DNA from: the human T2T-CHM13v2.0 reference genome, Homo sapiens
NCBI RefSeq assembly: GCF_009914755.1
Contig: NC_060946.1
Length of the DNA: 64,000 nt
Direction: 5' to 3' (one strand)
How positions within the stretch are numbered: position 1 is the stretch's first letter; every line of letters starts with the position of its first letter. A program made the translations under genes and the position numbers. Of the stretch, positions 45,701 through 58,961 are shown piece after piece. The notes under the pieces are model-generated. The model saw only the letters and a list, made by a program, of their open reading frames with translations. It was not told where the DNA came from and made no database searches.

Positions 45701-48037
45701 AGCTTTTGAATTTGTTTGTTCTTGCTTCTCTAGTTCTTTTAATTTTCATGTTAAGGTGTCAATTTTAGATCTTTCCTGCTTTCTCTTGTGGACATTTAGT
45801 GCTATAAATTTCCCTCTACACACTGCTTTAAATGTGTCCCAGAGATTCTGGGACGTTGTGTCTTTGTTCTCATTGGTTTCGAAGAACATTTTTATTTCTG
45901 CCTTCAATTCTTTATTTACCCAGTAGTCATTCAGGATCAGGTTACCCAGTTTCCATGTAGTTGTGAGGTTTTGAGTGAGTTTCTTAATCCTGCATACTAA
46001 TTTGAATGCATTGCGGTCTGAGAGACTGTTTGTTATGATTTCCATTCTTTTGCATTTCCTGAGGAGAGTTTTACTTCCAATTATGTGGTCAATTTTAGAA
46101 TAAGTGCAATGTGGTGCTCAGAAGAAGGTATATTCTATTGATTTGGGGTGGAGAGTTCTGTAGATATCTTTTAGGTCCACTTGGTCCAGAACTGAGTTCA
46201 AGTCCTGGATATTCTTGTTAATTTTCTGTCTCATTGATCTAATATTGACAGTAGAGTGTTAAAGTCTCCCACTATTATTGTGTGGGAGTCTAAGTCTCTC
46301 TGTAGGTCTTTAAGAACTTGCTTTATGAATCTGAGTGCTCCTGTATTGGGTGCATATATGTCTAGGATAGTTAGCACTTCTTGTTGCATTGATCCCTTTA
46401 CCATTATGTAGTGCCCTTCTTTGTCTCTTTTGATCTCTGTTGGCTTAAGATCTGTTTTATCTGAAACTAGGATTGCAACCCCTGCCTTTTGTTGCTTTCC
46501 ACTTGCTTGGTAAATGTTCCTCCATCCCTTTATTTTGAGCCTATGTGTATGAGATGGGTCTCCTGAGTACAGCACATTGATGGGTCTTGACTCTTTTTCC
46601 AATTTGCCAGTCTGTGTCTTTCAATTGGGGGCATTTAGCTCATTTACATTTAAGGTTAATATTGTTATGTATGAATTTGATCCTGTCATTATGATACTAG
46701 CTGGTTATTTTGCTCATTAGTTGATGCAGATTTTTCATAGTGTCAATGGTCTTTATAATTTGTTATGTTTTTGCAGTGGCTGTTACCAGTTGTTCCTTTC
46801 CATGTTTAGTGCTTCCTTCAGGAGCTCTTGTAAGGCAGGCCTGGTGGTGACAATATCTCTCAGCATTTGCTTGTAAAGGATTTTATTTCTACTTCAATTA
46901 TGAAGCTTAGTTTGCCTGGATATGAAATTCTGGCTTGAAAATTCTTTTCTTTAGGAATGTTGTATATTGGCCCCCACTCTCTTCTGGCTTGTAGGCTTTC
47001 TGCCAAGAGATCCAATGTTAGTCTGATGGGCTTCCCTTTGTGGGTAACTCAACCTTTCTCTCTGGCTGCCCTTTATATTTTTTCCTTCATTTCAACCTTG
47101 GTGAATCTGATGATTTTATGTCTTGGGGTTGCTCTTCTTGAGGAATATCTTAGTGGTGTTCTCTGTATTTCCTGAATTTGAATGTTGGCCTGTCTTGCTA
47201 GGTTGGGGAAGTTCTCCTGGATAATATCCTTGAGAGTGTTTTCCAACTTGGTTCCATTCTCTCTGTCACTTTCAGGTACACGAATCAAACATAGATTCAG
47301 TGTTTTAACATATTCCTCTATTTCTTGGAGGCTTTTTTCATTTCTTTCACTCTTTTTTCTCGAATCTTTTCTTCTTGCTTTATTTCATTGAGTTGATCTT
47401 CAATCTCTGATATTCTTTCTCCTGCTTGATTGATTCAGCTATTGATACTTGTGTATGCTTCATGAAGTTCTTGTGCTGGGTTTTTCAGCTCCATCAGGTC
47501 ATTTATATTCTTCTCTAAACTGGTTATTCTAGTTAACAATTCGTCCTACCTTTTTTTTTCAGGCTCTTAGCTTCCTTGCATTGGGTTAGAACACCCTCCT
47601 TTAGCTTGGAGGAGTTTGTTATTACCCGCCTTCTGAAGCCTACTTCTGTCAATCCATCAAACTCATTGTCTGTCCAGTTTTGTTCCCTTGCTGGTGGGGA
47701 GTTGTGATCTTCTGGAGGAGAAGAGGCATTCTGGCTTTTGGAGTTTTCAGCCTTTTTGCACTAGTTTCTCCCCATCTTTGTGGATTTATCTACCTTTGGT
47801 CTTTGATGTTGGTGATGTTGATACTATTCCTTTATGTTTGTTAGTTTTCCTTCTACCAGTCAGGTCCCTCCGCTGCAGGTTTGCTCGAGTTTGCTGGAGG
47901 TCCACTTCAGACCCTGTTTGCCTGGGTATCACCAGTGGAGGCTCAGTTGGAAATGCATGAACCACCTGCCTTCTGTGTTGATCCCACTGGGTGCTGCAGA
48001 CCGGAGCTGTTCCTATTCAGACATCTTGCCAGCTCTC
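42744..48037 (-). mobile_element. L1PA (PA7/PA8-like), both ends present, most of the 5'UTR missing, ORFs broken
   Basis: TSD CTGTAATACTTTT (42731-42743, 48038-48050); ORF1 ENTLKDIIQENFPNLARQANIQIQEIQRTP; EN DKEGHYIMVKGS...IIVGDFNT; [15 protein letters not shown]; [14 protein letters not shown]. Confidence 0.95.
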
Positions 48038-48821
48038 CTGTAATACTTTTATGAATGGGTGTAGTCCTATCTTCTCAAGGTCCCCAAATAACTTGAGGTT
48101 CCTGGGCCTGTCAGAAAGTGACATTCTTTACTTCTTACCACAAGGACAGCAACTTTGTAAAGGACCCTTGTAGACAAGACACCAAGCCAGTCATTCTAAG
48201 GGGCTTTGCATTGGTGCTATAAAGTCAAGCTCAATTCCTTAAAGTGGTCTGGTTGTATCTGCCGTTCGAGTTAAAGCCTTGATAAAACAAACAGTGTCTC
48301 CAATTGAATCCTGTTACCAAAAACAGATTCTTATTGAAATTATGCAAATAATTATATTGCCATAATTTAGGAATGCTCACGAATGGCTTCTGAATTCTGG
48401 AGAAATCAGTTAGAGAGACAGATAAATGGCTCAAATTTTTGTTCACAATGTAGTTTTTCTAACGTAGGGTAAGTTAAAAATAGCTGAAAAGAAAAAAAAT
48501 TCTTGACTTTGGAAAACAAAACATAAAGAGAATCAACAATGTTTCCAATGGAAGGGCCATGAATAAAATCTTTTCCTTCTTTTATAAGTTCAGTCCAATG
48601 TAACTAAATCTTGTTCTGCTTGATTTCAAATAGCAATTCTCATTCAGTTTTTTGTGTTTTGCTTGATTTCAATTGGAAATCCTCATTCAGCTTTTTAGAG
48701 TCCTGGAAGATTTTCCTAGTCCAATGGTATGATCCCCAAAGTTATCTGAAACCATATTTAAGAGAACTTGTCAGAGTCCTTTCCATTAAAAGTAATTTAG
48801 ATGATAGCTGATTGTAAAGGC

Positions 48822-49167
48822 TTTTTTTTTTTTTTTGAGACATGGTCTGGTTCTATCACTCAGGATGGAGTGTTGTGGCATGATCTTGGCTCACCACAAT
48901 TTCTCCCTCCCAAACTCAAGCCATCCTCCTACCTCAGCCTCCGAAGTAGTTGGGACCATAGGCATGCACCATCATGCTGGCTAATTTTTGTATTTTTGTA
49001 GAGACAGGGTTTTACCATGTTGCCCAGGATGCTTTCAAACTTCTTAGTTCAAGCAAGTCACCCACCTCGGCCTTGCAAAGTGTTTTGATTTTTACACGTG
49101 TGAGCCACCGTGCCCTGCACCACGCCCAGCACCGTGCCCTGCACAGCCTCCAGCAGCACGCCCGGCC
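48822..49167 (-). mobile_element. Alu (AluJ) with reiterated 5' end
   Basis: caccgtgccctgcac/cacgccc motifs repeated at 49105-49167; TSD tgtaaagg.tttt. Confidence 0.9.
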
Positions 49168-49538
49168 TGTAAAGGGTTTTAGAGAAGAACTTTAATCAAT
49201 CACCGTGGATGACAAAAACTTAGAATATCCTTTGGTTAAAATCCAGTGGAAGTTCTCGACCTGCGAGAAAATTTAGTTATTTCTATTATATGTAGCATTT
49301 TAAGATAACAGCCAGAATCATGACTGACGGCAACACATCAGATCCATCAGACTTCCACAAATTTTATATAATCTTTAGAATATTTATATTAATAATATAT
49401 CTATACATATACAACTATAGAGAATATTTAACATCATCAAAATTATGACTGATACCATATTAGATTTTTATAATTTATATAACATTTAAAATATGTATAT
49501 TAATAATATACCTATAAATGTAACCAAAAGAAGATTTA

Positions 49539-49832
49539 GGCCAGGCACAGTGGCTCATGTCTGTAATCCCAACACTTTGGGAGGCCAAGTTGGACAGATC
49601 ATCAGAGGTCAGGAGTTTGACACCAGCCTGGCCAACATGGAGAACTCTTGTTTCTACTAAAAATACAAAATTAGCCGGGCGTGGTGGCATGTGTCTGTAG
49701 TCTCAGCTACTTGGGAGGTTGAGGCAGGAGAATCGCTTGAACCTTGGGGCAGAGGTTGCAATGGACCTAGATCACGCCACTGCACTCCAGCCTGGGTGAC
49801 AAAGCAAGATTCTGTCTCAGAGAAAAAAAAAA
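49539..49832 (+). mobile_element. Alu (AluS)
   Basis: TSD aaaagaagatttag. Confidence 0.95.
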
Positions 49833-49949
49833 GAAGATTTAGTGTTACTTATCTTTTGGCACTGCTTCCCATACAATGTTATCAACTAAGATTTAGCAAA
49901 GATGTCAAAAAATTGAAAACATTTGACCAAAACAGAATGACAGTTTATT

Positions 49950-50269
<320 letters not shown>

Positions 50270-51423
50270 TAACAGTCATTCATTTAATTAGCATGACAAC
50301 CAAAAGACATCAAAAGCAACGTAGAAGGTTACATGGATGTGATAACTGAAAACCCTCAGTTTTCCCAAGTAATTAAAAAAAAATAAAGGCAACACATGGA
50401 TTATCTTGATAAAACCTAAAATCTTTATTACAGGCCAGTCATTTAAAGGGTAAAACTCCTGTGGCATAACTGTGTCTTCTTACGGGAAGCTAATTTAAAT
50501 CACTTGGAAGTCAATTCCGATGACAAGGAGACTTGAATTTAATTAGACATAGAAAGAGTTTGTCCAGGGTCATGAGTGAGCATAATATTACAAAGGAATG
50601 TCAACAGGAAAACCAGAGCATAGAGCAGTGGGGATCCATAGCTCACAATGATAGCAAGAAAGTTTCCTGGTTACATGAAGTAATTAAGACATATTTAAAA
50701 GCCAAGAGTATAAAATTAGACCTGATGAAAAAGCTGAAGGAGTTATCATCCCAGCCAAGCAGGAAACCCAAGCCTTTTATTCCTTCTCAAGAAGGAACAG
50801 GAGACAGTGATGTGATCTGTGAGTCATGTGTAACATGAAAGTACAGGAGAAGTTGAACTTCTGATATACAAATCTGAAAAGATTTTATAGTAACAGATTT
50901 CAGGATTAAAAGTCAATATTTATTACCTCTTATTATGAGCAAATAAATACATTAAGAAAACCTTGTTGTTTTAACCAAAATTTTTAGTTTTTTATCACTG
51001 TTTTTAATATTATAGCTAATTTAAATAAACTTTATAAACAATCTATCTGATCTCAATCAGTTTTGGCCTCGATGTAAGATTTACATAAACTTTTAATAAC
51101 CTTGTATAATTTTTTCATCTTTCCCAACTTTTTATACACATGTAGTTTTATCTATCTTTTTTATTCCTTCAATTTAAATTAATCCTTAAAAATCTCTAAG
51201 TGAATTTACTTTCTCTGAAACAAAAACCGGTATACATTTTGCATACAGAATTGTTTCTCTTGTATCTAGTAGTCTTAATCACACATATCTAGCAAGATAT
51301 TAACACTTAGTAACCCTTATTTTAATAAAAAACCTAGGAAGCAAGAAATCTGGAATTGTCATATAGCAGTATCTTACATATGAGAATAATTTCATAATTT
51401 AGAATTGTGTGTTCCTAAAACAT

Positions 51424-51722
<299 letters not shown>

Positions 51723-51801
51723 TAAGTTTTAAATTGGAAATAACCCAGATATTTAATGAGTATCTATTATTTAATTTAACATAACTAAAATTTCAAAAAT
51801 A

Positions 51802-52075
51802 GGCTGGGCATGGTGGCTCACACCTGTAATCCCAACACTTTAGGAGGCCTAGGCAGCAGTATCATGAAACCAGCCTGAGCAAAATAGTGAGATGCTGACT
51901 CTACAAAAAAAATAAAAGTTAGCTGACCACGGTGGTGTATGCCTGTAATTAACAGCTACATGGGAGGCTGAGGTGGGAGGATCCCTTGAGAGCAGAAGGT
52001 CAAGGTTGCAGTGAGCTGTGATCATGCCACTGCACTTCAGCGTGGGTGACAGACAGAGACACTGTCTCAAAAAAA
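51802..52075 (+). mobile_element. Alu (AluJ), small left-arm deletion
   Basis: TSD aaaatttcaaaaata. Confidence 0.9.
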
Positions 52076-52559
52076 TTTCAAAAATACATTAAGATGTCTT
52101 GTATAGACATTTATCCATTTACATTTACTTATTTTTGACAGTTTATCTAGAGTATTTGTGAGAACTGAGGTATTAGACAAAGCTAGTCATCATTTCTAGG
52201 TTATTTTCTTGTTAACCATGTTATAGCCTGTGAATATCAGGTGTTCACGTAAGTGAGGACTTCAAAGTTAAATACATGGGTATTTTACCAATAACTCAGA
52301 AAATTCCATTATTTTTGTTCAACAAACCATATTAAATTGGTCTTATGTATTTAAAAAATCACATAAACAAATATTCTTTTTTCCTGTGTTTATAGCTTTA
52401 TAACCTTCATGCCAAACCCTAGCACCTTAAAATATCTAGCAAATGTAAATATAAAACACAGTCAAAAATGTATGCTGACAAGTCTGAAGAGATTTCTATT
52501 TTCTATTTTTATTTTATCAATACTTTTTAAATTATTTGTATTTATAAAAGAACTCTTTT

Positions 52560-52874
<315 letters not shown>

Positions 52875-53117
52875 AGAATTGTTTCATTCTTTTGTTTTTC
52901 TTCAGCCAAGTGACCTTGAATTAGTAACACCACAGACAGTAAGTCTTATCTCAACACCAGTAGACAAATCAGCAGATTCAAAGTAGGCAGGGAAAAAAAA
53001 ATAGATAGGCAAAAGAACTGAGACTTTTTCACTTTAGGGTTTTTAAAAATAGTAACTATTTGAGTTCTGAATTTTCTTTCATGTAATTTGGCCATCAGGT
53101 TTAAAGTGTGCACTAGA

Positions 53118-53421
53118 GGTCAGGTGCAGTGGCTCATGCGTGTAATCCCAACACTATCGGAGGCTGAGGCAGGTGGATCACTTGAGGCCAGGAGTTTGAG
53201 ACCAGCCTGGCCAATGTGACAAAACCCCATCTCTACTGAATATACAAAAATTAACTGGGTGTGGTAGTGTGCATCTGTAGTCCCAGCTATTCAGAAGGCT
53301 GAGGCAGGATAATTGCTCAAACCTGGGAGGCGGAGGTTGCAGTGAGCTGCGATTGTACCACCATACTCCATCCTGGGCAACAGAGCAAGACTCTGTGTCA
53401 AAAAGAAAAAGGAAAAAAAAA
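53118..53421 (+). mobile_element. Alu (AluSz/Sx)
   Basis: cacttgaggccaggagtttg; A-tail. Confidence 0.93.
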
Positions 53422-53438
53422 GTATATATATATGTATA

Positions 53439-53797
<359 letters not shown>

Positions 53798-54475
53798 CTA
53801 GAAAACCTAGCAAGCTTAAGGTTAGAGCTTCTCATTTTGGCCTTTTCAAGATTAAATCTCCTTTAGTAGGCCCTTCCCCTCTAGGGAGGTACTTGCCGGA
53901 GCGCTGCCTGAAGTTGGTTTTCTGATGCCCTGTTGTTTCTGTTCTGAATGGTTTATTTCTCATTATAAGAGCTCAGCAAAGCAGGCAGAGTTAAAAAGCA
54001 GAGACATGAAGGCTTTAAAATCATGGACTTCACTCCTACACTGAATCTCAGGTCCCCAGAAAGACAGAAACACCATGGGACCACAGCAAAGGCAGAAGGA
54101 GGAGTGAGAGAGGGAGGTGGACAGAACAACAAACAGGAGTTGGCTCTCATTTTTTCACGCGTGCCATTTTCTTTAGGTTTTTCTAGTTTATGGAGTCTCT
54201 TTGTTCCAGTTGAGCACACAGATAAACTAGAGATCTCAAGGCTTTTGCTGAGAACATCAAAGCCTTTAACCTCTGTTGGGCCAAATATTTAGACCAAAAA
54301 TACAGACAGACACACAAAAGCCAGAACCGGACCAGATTGAGTAGCTTAGTGGCTACAGCCTTTATTCCCTTTATTCTTTAGGATACGAACTCAAACCAGA
54401 TTCAGGGTTCTAACCCAACCAGGACCCCCCTGGGGTGAAACTGAAACCCCACAGTCTAGACAAGGTTGGGGGTCT

Positions 54476-54775
<300 letters not shown>

Positions 54776-54894
54776 TGCTTGTTCTTTTCATTTCATCCTG
54801 ATCTCCGAATACAGAAGAGTAGCTGATTTGTTGTTCACTAACAAGCACAGAAGCTTTGTTACATTTACAGTGTCATTCTTGGCAAAACCTGAAG

Positions 54895-55111
54895 TTTTGC
54901 CTCCCGGGTTCACGCCATTATCCTGCCTCAGCCTCCTGAGTAGCTGGGACTATAGGCGCCCGCCACCTCACCCAGCTAATCTTTTGTATTTTTAGTAGAG
55001 ACGGGGTTTTGCCGTGTTAGCCAGGATGGTCTCTATCTCCTGACCTTGTGATCCGCCCTCCTCGGCCTTCCAGAGTGCTGGGATTACAGGCGTGAGCCAC
55101 CGCTCCCAGCC
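54895..55111 (-). mobile_element. AluY, 3'-truncated mid right arm
   Basis: gcctcccgggttcacgcc...ccgtgttagccaggatgg; no tail. Confidence 0.9.
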
Positions 55112-55149
55112 AGAAGCTCTAATTTCAATGATGATTGTGCTTTTTCTCT

Positions 55150-56140
55150 CTTCCTCAGCATCTGGCTCATGATAAAATTTCAGGTGTCTTGATGGTATCT
55201 AAATCAGTTGTTGATTCGGTCCTGGAGAAACAGAAGCATAACCTCTATGCCAAGTTATAATTTTACCTATTTCCCAACTTTTTGTTATTTGATCTCTCCA
55301 CCAAACCAGTTGGTCTGCTTCTGTCTTTGCAGCTGGTTTCTGTAGATGCTGTTCAGCTTCTGGTAACATCTGGCCTTTGGGCAGGCTCAAAAATTTGAAA
55401 GTTAATGCAAGATTCAATTGTGTATGGGCTATCCCGTAATCCCTGTTTCTCCCCCTTTTTTGTTTTTTATTATCAGTTGTTCATCTGTATGAAATCTTAA
55501 CTGAGCATTTTCAATTAACTGTGTGGAATGACCCATGTATGAAGAATCAGAAATCACATTAACAGGCATATCAAAAGCAGTCAACACCTCAATTACAGCT
55601 ACAAGCTCTGCCTTTTGAGCTGAAGTATAGGGTGTCTGGAAAACTTTAGCTTTTGATCCAGAATAAGAACCTTTACCATTACTAGACCCATCTGTGAAAC
55701 AATGAAAACGCTTAGCAGGCTGCAGGTTGTTTACTGCAGGAATTGTAAATGCAAACCGTTCACAGTCTTGCTCAGCTAAAAGGGTAGTAAAGAAACAGTC
55801 TTTTAAATCTGTGACTATTAAAGGCCAATTTTTTGGAATTATAGTAGAGAAGGGAATCCTGGCTGTTATATTTCCATAGGTTGTATAACTGAATTGATGG
55901 CTCTTAAGTCAGTTAACATTCTCCATTTACCTGATTTTTTCTTAATTATGAAAACTGGAGAATTCCAAGGGGAAAATGTTGGAGCTATGTGCCCATTTTC
56001 TAATTGTTCAGTAACTAATTTCTCTAAAGCATCCAGTTTCCCTTTGCTTAGCAGCCATTATTCTATCCAAATTGGCTTATCTGTTAACCATTTTAAAGGT
56101 ATAGGTTCTGGAGGCTTAACTATGGCCACCATCAAAAATT
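55150..56140 (-). pseudogene. pol: HML-3 pol remnant with internal deletions
   Basis: [27 protein letters not shown]; CFTDGSSNG (RNase H); IN C-term GKIITWHRGYASVSPG. Confidence 0.85.
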
Positions 56141-56169
56141 GTATCCTAATCTTTGGCAGGAACTTTGTC

Positions 56170-57060
56170 TTTCCGTTTGAAGCAGTTCTTTCAAACCTTG
56201 CAATTTTTTTTCTACTCCTATACCAGGGACATGCCCCATTTCGTGCATCATATGTTGACTTTGAGGGCTGTATAATTGTTATGGAATTAGAACTTGTGCT
56301 CCCCATTGTCATAATAAATCTCTCCCCCATAAATTTATAGGTACAGGAGTTACAATTGGTTGAACAGTCCCAGGTTGTCCATTGGGCCCTTCACAATGCA
56401 AAGTATAGCTACTCTGATAAACTTCTGGAGCTTTAGCAGTTTCCACTGTGTTAAATTGAGTGGGTTGAATTGGCCACGTGGACGGCCAGTGCTGTAGAGA
56501 AATAATTGAAATGTCCACTCCTACCAAAAAAAAAAAAAAAAAAAGTATCTACCAAACCTTTAAAGTTCTTTCCCTGGATAGTTATTTCACAGGTAGGATG
56601 TTTATCAGTAATTTGATTTACCCAATAAGCTGCCTTGCCTTTTTTATTTGTGCTTCCAAATCCTCCAGTTCATTTAATTTCACTTTTTCCCATTCCCACA
56701 TATGGCTCACTCAGGAGCTGTGCTAAGGCACACTCCTGGCTGTGCTTTCCAGGGAACAGAACTAAATATCACAATTTGAATTTCCTCATTGTAATCTGAA
56801 TCAATGACTCCAGTGTGTATTTGTACCCCTTTTAAACTTAAACTAGACCTTCCTAAAAGTAATCCCATTGTCCCTCCTGGCAACGGTCCACAGACTCCTG
56901 TTGGGACCTTTGGCGGGGGTTCCCCAGGCAGAAGGCTCACAGCTTTTGTGCAGCATAGATCTACTGCAGCACTATGGGCTGTGGTGGGGAAAGATAACGT
57001 ATGGGGGTGAGGGAATGGCCTGAGATGGAAATGCCCTGGTTTAGAACAGGGCCTGGGATG
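56170..57060 (-). pseudogene. pro: HML-3 pro remnant (dUTPase, protease, G-patch)
   Basis: LLPGEPPPKVPTGVCGPLP; GVDISIISLQHWP; YSPQSQHMMHEMGHVPGIGVEK. Confidence 0.85.
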
Positions 57061-57066
57061 GGCCCC

Positions 57067-58400
57067 TCAGGGAGTTTCCCAAAATCGGGTTCCCTTCTTT
57101 ATCAAACTTAGAGTGACACTGATTAGCCCAAAGTTTTCTTTTTTACATTTTGGACATATTTCAGGATCAGCAGTTTTGTTTTTTCCCCTATCTGGTGGCC
57201 TGACTCGGTGATTTTTTTTTTTTTTAACATTCTTTTTAGTATGACCATGCTTCCCACAGTTAAAACAAGCTCCAGGAAATAGAGTATTTCCTTTACCCAC
57301 TCTCAGTCCTGCCATCGCCTGTGCCAACAAAGTAGCTTTATGTAGATTATCTCTGATATCATCACAGGCCTTGTTATAATCAACTAAATGTGCTTTCCCT
57401 CTGATAGGTCGCAGAGCAGCCTGGCAATAAGGATTAGCATTGTCAAAACCAATAACTGCAACACTATATCCTAAGCAGCCAAATCTGCAATCATCTTTTT
57501 AAGAGACTCCTGTAACCAAGCTATAAAATCCACATATGGTTCTCTTGGTCCCTGTTTTATAGCACTAAAGGAAGGGTATTGTTCTCCACATGAAGTGATT
57601 TATTCCAAGCTCTAATGCACACTCCTCTAAGCTGTTCTATGGCATCATCCTGCATGACCACTTGTTCATGTAAACCAGCCCTGCCACCAACCCCCAAAAG
57701 TTGGTCTGTAGTTATATTAATTTGAGGTTGGGCCCAGGCATTGCGAGCAGCCTGAATGGAAGCTTCATCTGCCTACTAAGTTTTAAATTGTAAGAACTGA
57801 GCAGGAGTTAGACAAGCTAGAGTAAAAGTGTCCCAGTCAGTAGGAATCATCCGACTGGAAACAGCAACATTCTTTAACAGTCCCATTTCAAAAGGAGAAC
57901 CTGGTCCATACTGATTTATAGCTTGTTTAATTTTTTTGAGTAATTTAAAAGGAAAAGGCTCAAATGTAGCTATAATATTTCCCTGTTGATCTGGGGGGTG
58001 TATTCAAACAGGGAACTGCCAAGCCTCTAAATCCCACTTTTATCTAGCTTGCTGTATTCCTGCCTGAATAGAACTAAGAGCAGTCGCTCAAGGCGCTGCT
58101 CGAACAGTCACCAGGGCAACTACTTTTCACCCAGTGTCCTCCAGAAAAGAAAGATCTGGAGGGTCGCTTTCTTCAAAATAGTAATGAGGGTGTGCAGAAG
58201 AATAGGGATGAACCTCTCCCTCCTTTTCTGCTTTAGCTTTAGGTGACAAATAAACCTGGTCTGTAACCTCTGCTGTTACTTTGTTATACTCTCCTTCCTC
58301 CTCATCATCAGTGTGAAAAAGTTCCAAGGTAGAACGAACCACAGCCCACACTTGTCCTATTGCTACCCTGATGCTTCTGAGCTCCCCTTCTTACTCACCA
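57067..58400 (-). pseudogene. gag: HML-3 gag remnant
   Basis: WAVVRSTLELFHTDDEEEGE; LAQAMAGLRV...CFNCGKHGH zinc knuckle; stops and frameshifts. Confidence 0.8.
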
Positions 58401-58961
58401 CGAGGATTGCTTTAAGAGTACTCGGGTGTCCTCCAGCTAGTTCCACATTCTCCAATCGTTGCTCCAGCGATCCTTTGACCAGTATTTGAGCCCCCATGAA
58501 TGGGCACCACTTGCTGAGACCAGGTCGGTTGGAGAGACCCTAACCCAGCAGCACTAGAGGAATTAAAGACACACACACAGAAATATAGAGGTGTGAAGTG
58601 GGAAATCGGGGGGGTTGTCTTACAGCCTTCAGAGCAGAGCCCTGAACAGAGATTTGCCCACGTATTTATTAACAGCAAGCCAGTCATTAGCATTGTTTCT
58701 ATAGATATTAGATTAACTATAAGTATCCCTTATTCTTAAGGCACAGATCACTCATGCTATTGTTTGTGGCTTAAGAATGCCTTTAAGTGGTTTTCCACCC
58801 TGGACGGGACAGGTATTCCTTGTTCTCATTCCAGTAAACCCACAACCTTCCAGCGTGGGTGTTATGGCCATCATGAACATGTCACAGTGCTGCAGAGATT
58901 TTGTTTATGGCCAGTTTTGGGGTCAGTTTATGGCCGGATTTGGGGAGGCTTGTTCCCAACA

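Larger units (their letters stand above)
55150..58961 (-). mobile_element. HERV-K(HML-3)/HERVK9 provirus: MER9 5' LTR (58512-58961), gag, pro, deleted pol; env and 3' LTR absent
   Basis: LTR tgttgggaacaagcc...ggccataaac...ctctgcagcactgtgacatgttcatgatggccataac; Lys-type PBS tggtgccca; Gag CFNCGKHGHTKK; dUTPase GLLLGRSSL...GVIDSDYNEEI; PR PINLWGRDLL; RT PIPLKWLTDKPIWI. Confidence 0.88.

Noticed and set aside
42744-48037. Active L1
   Set aside because: ORF1 and ORF2 are fragmented, and most of the internal promoter region is missing.
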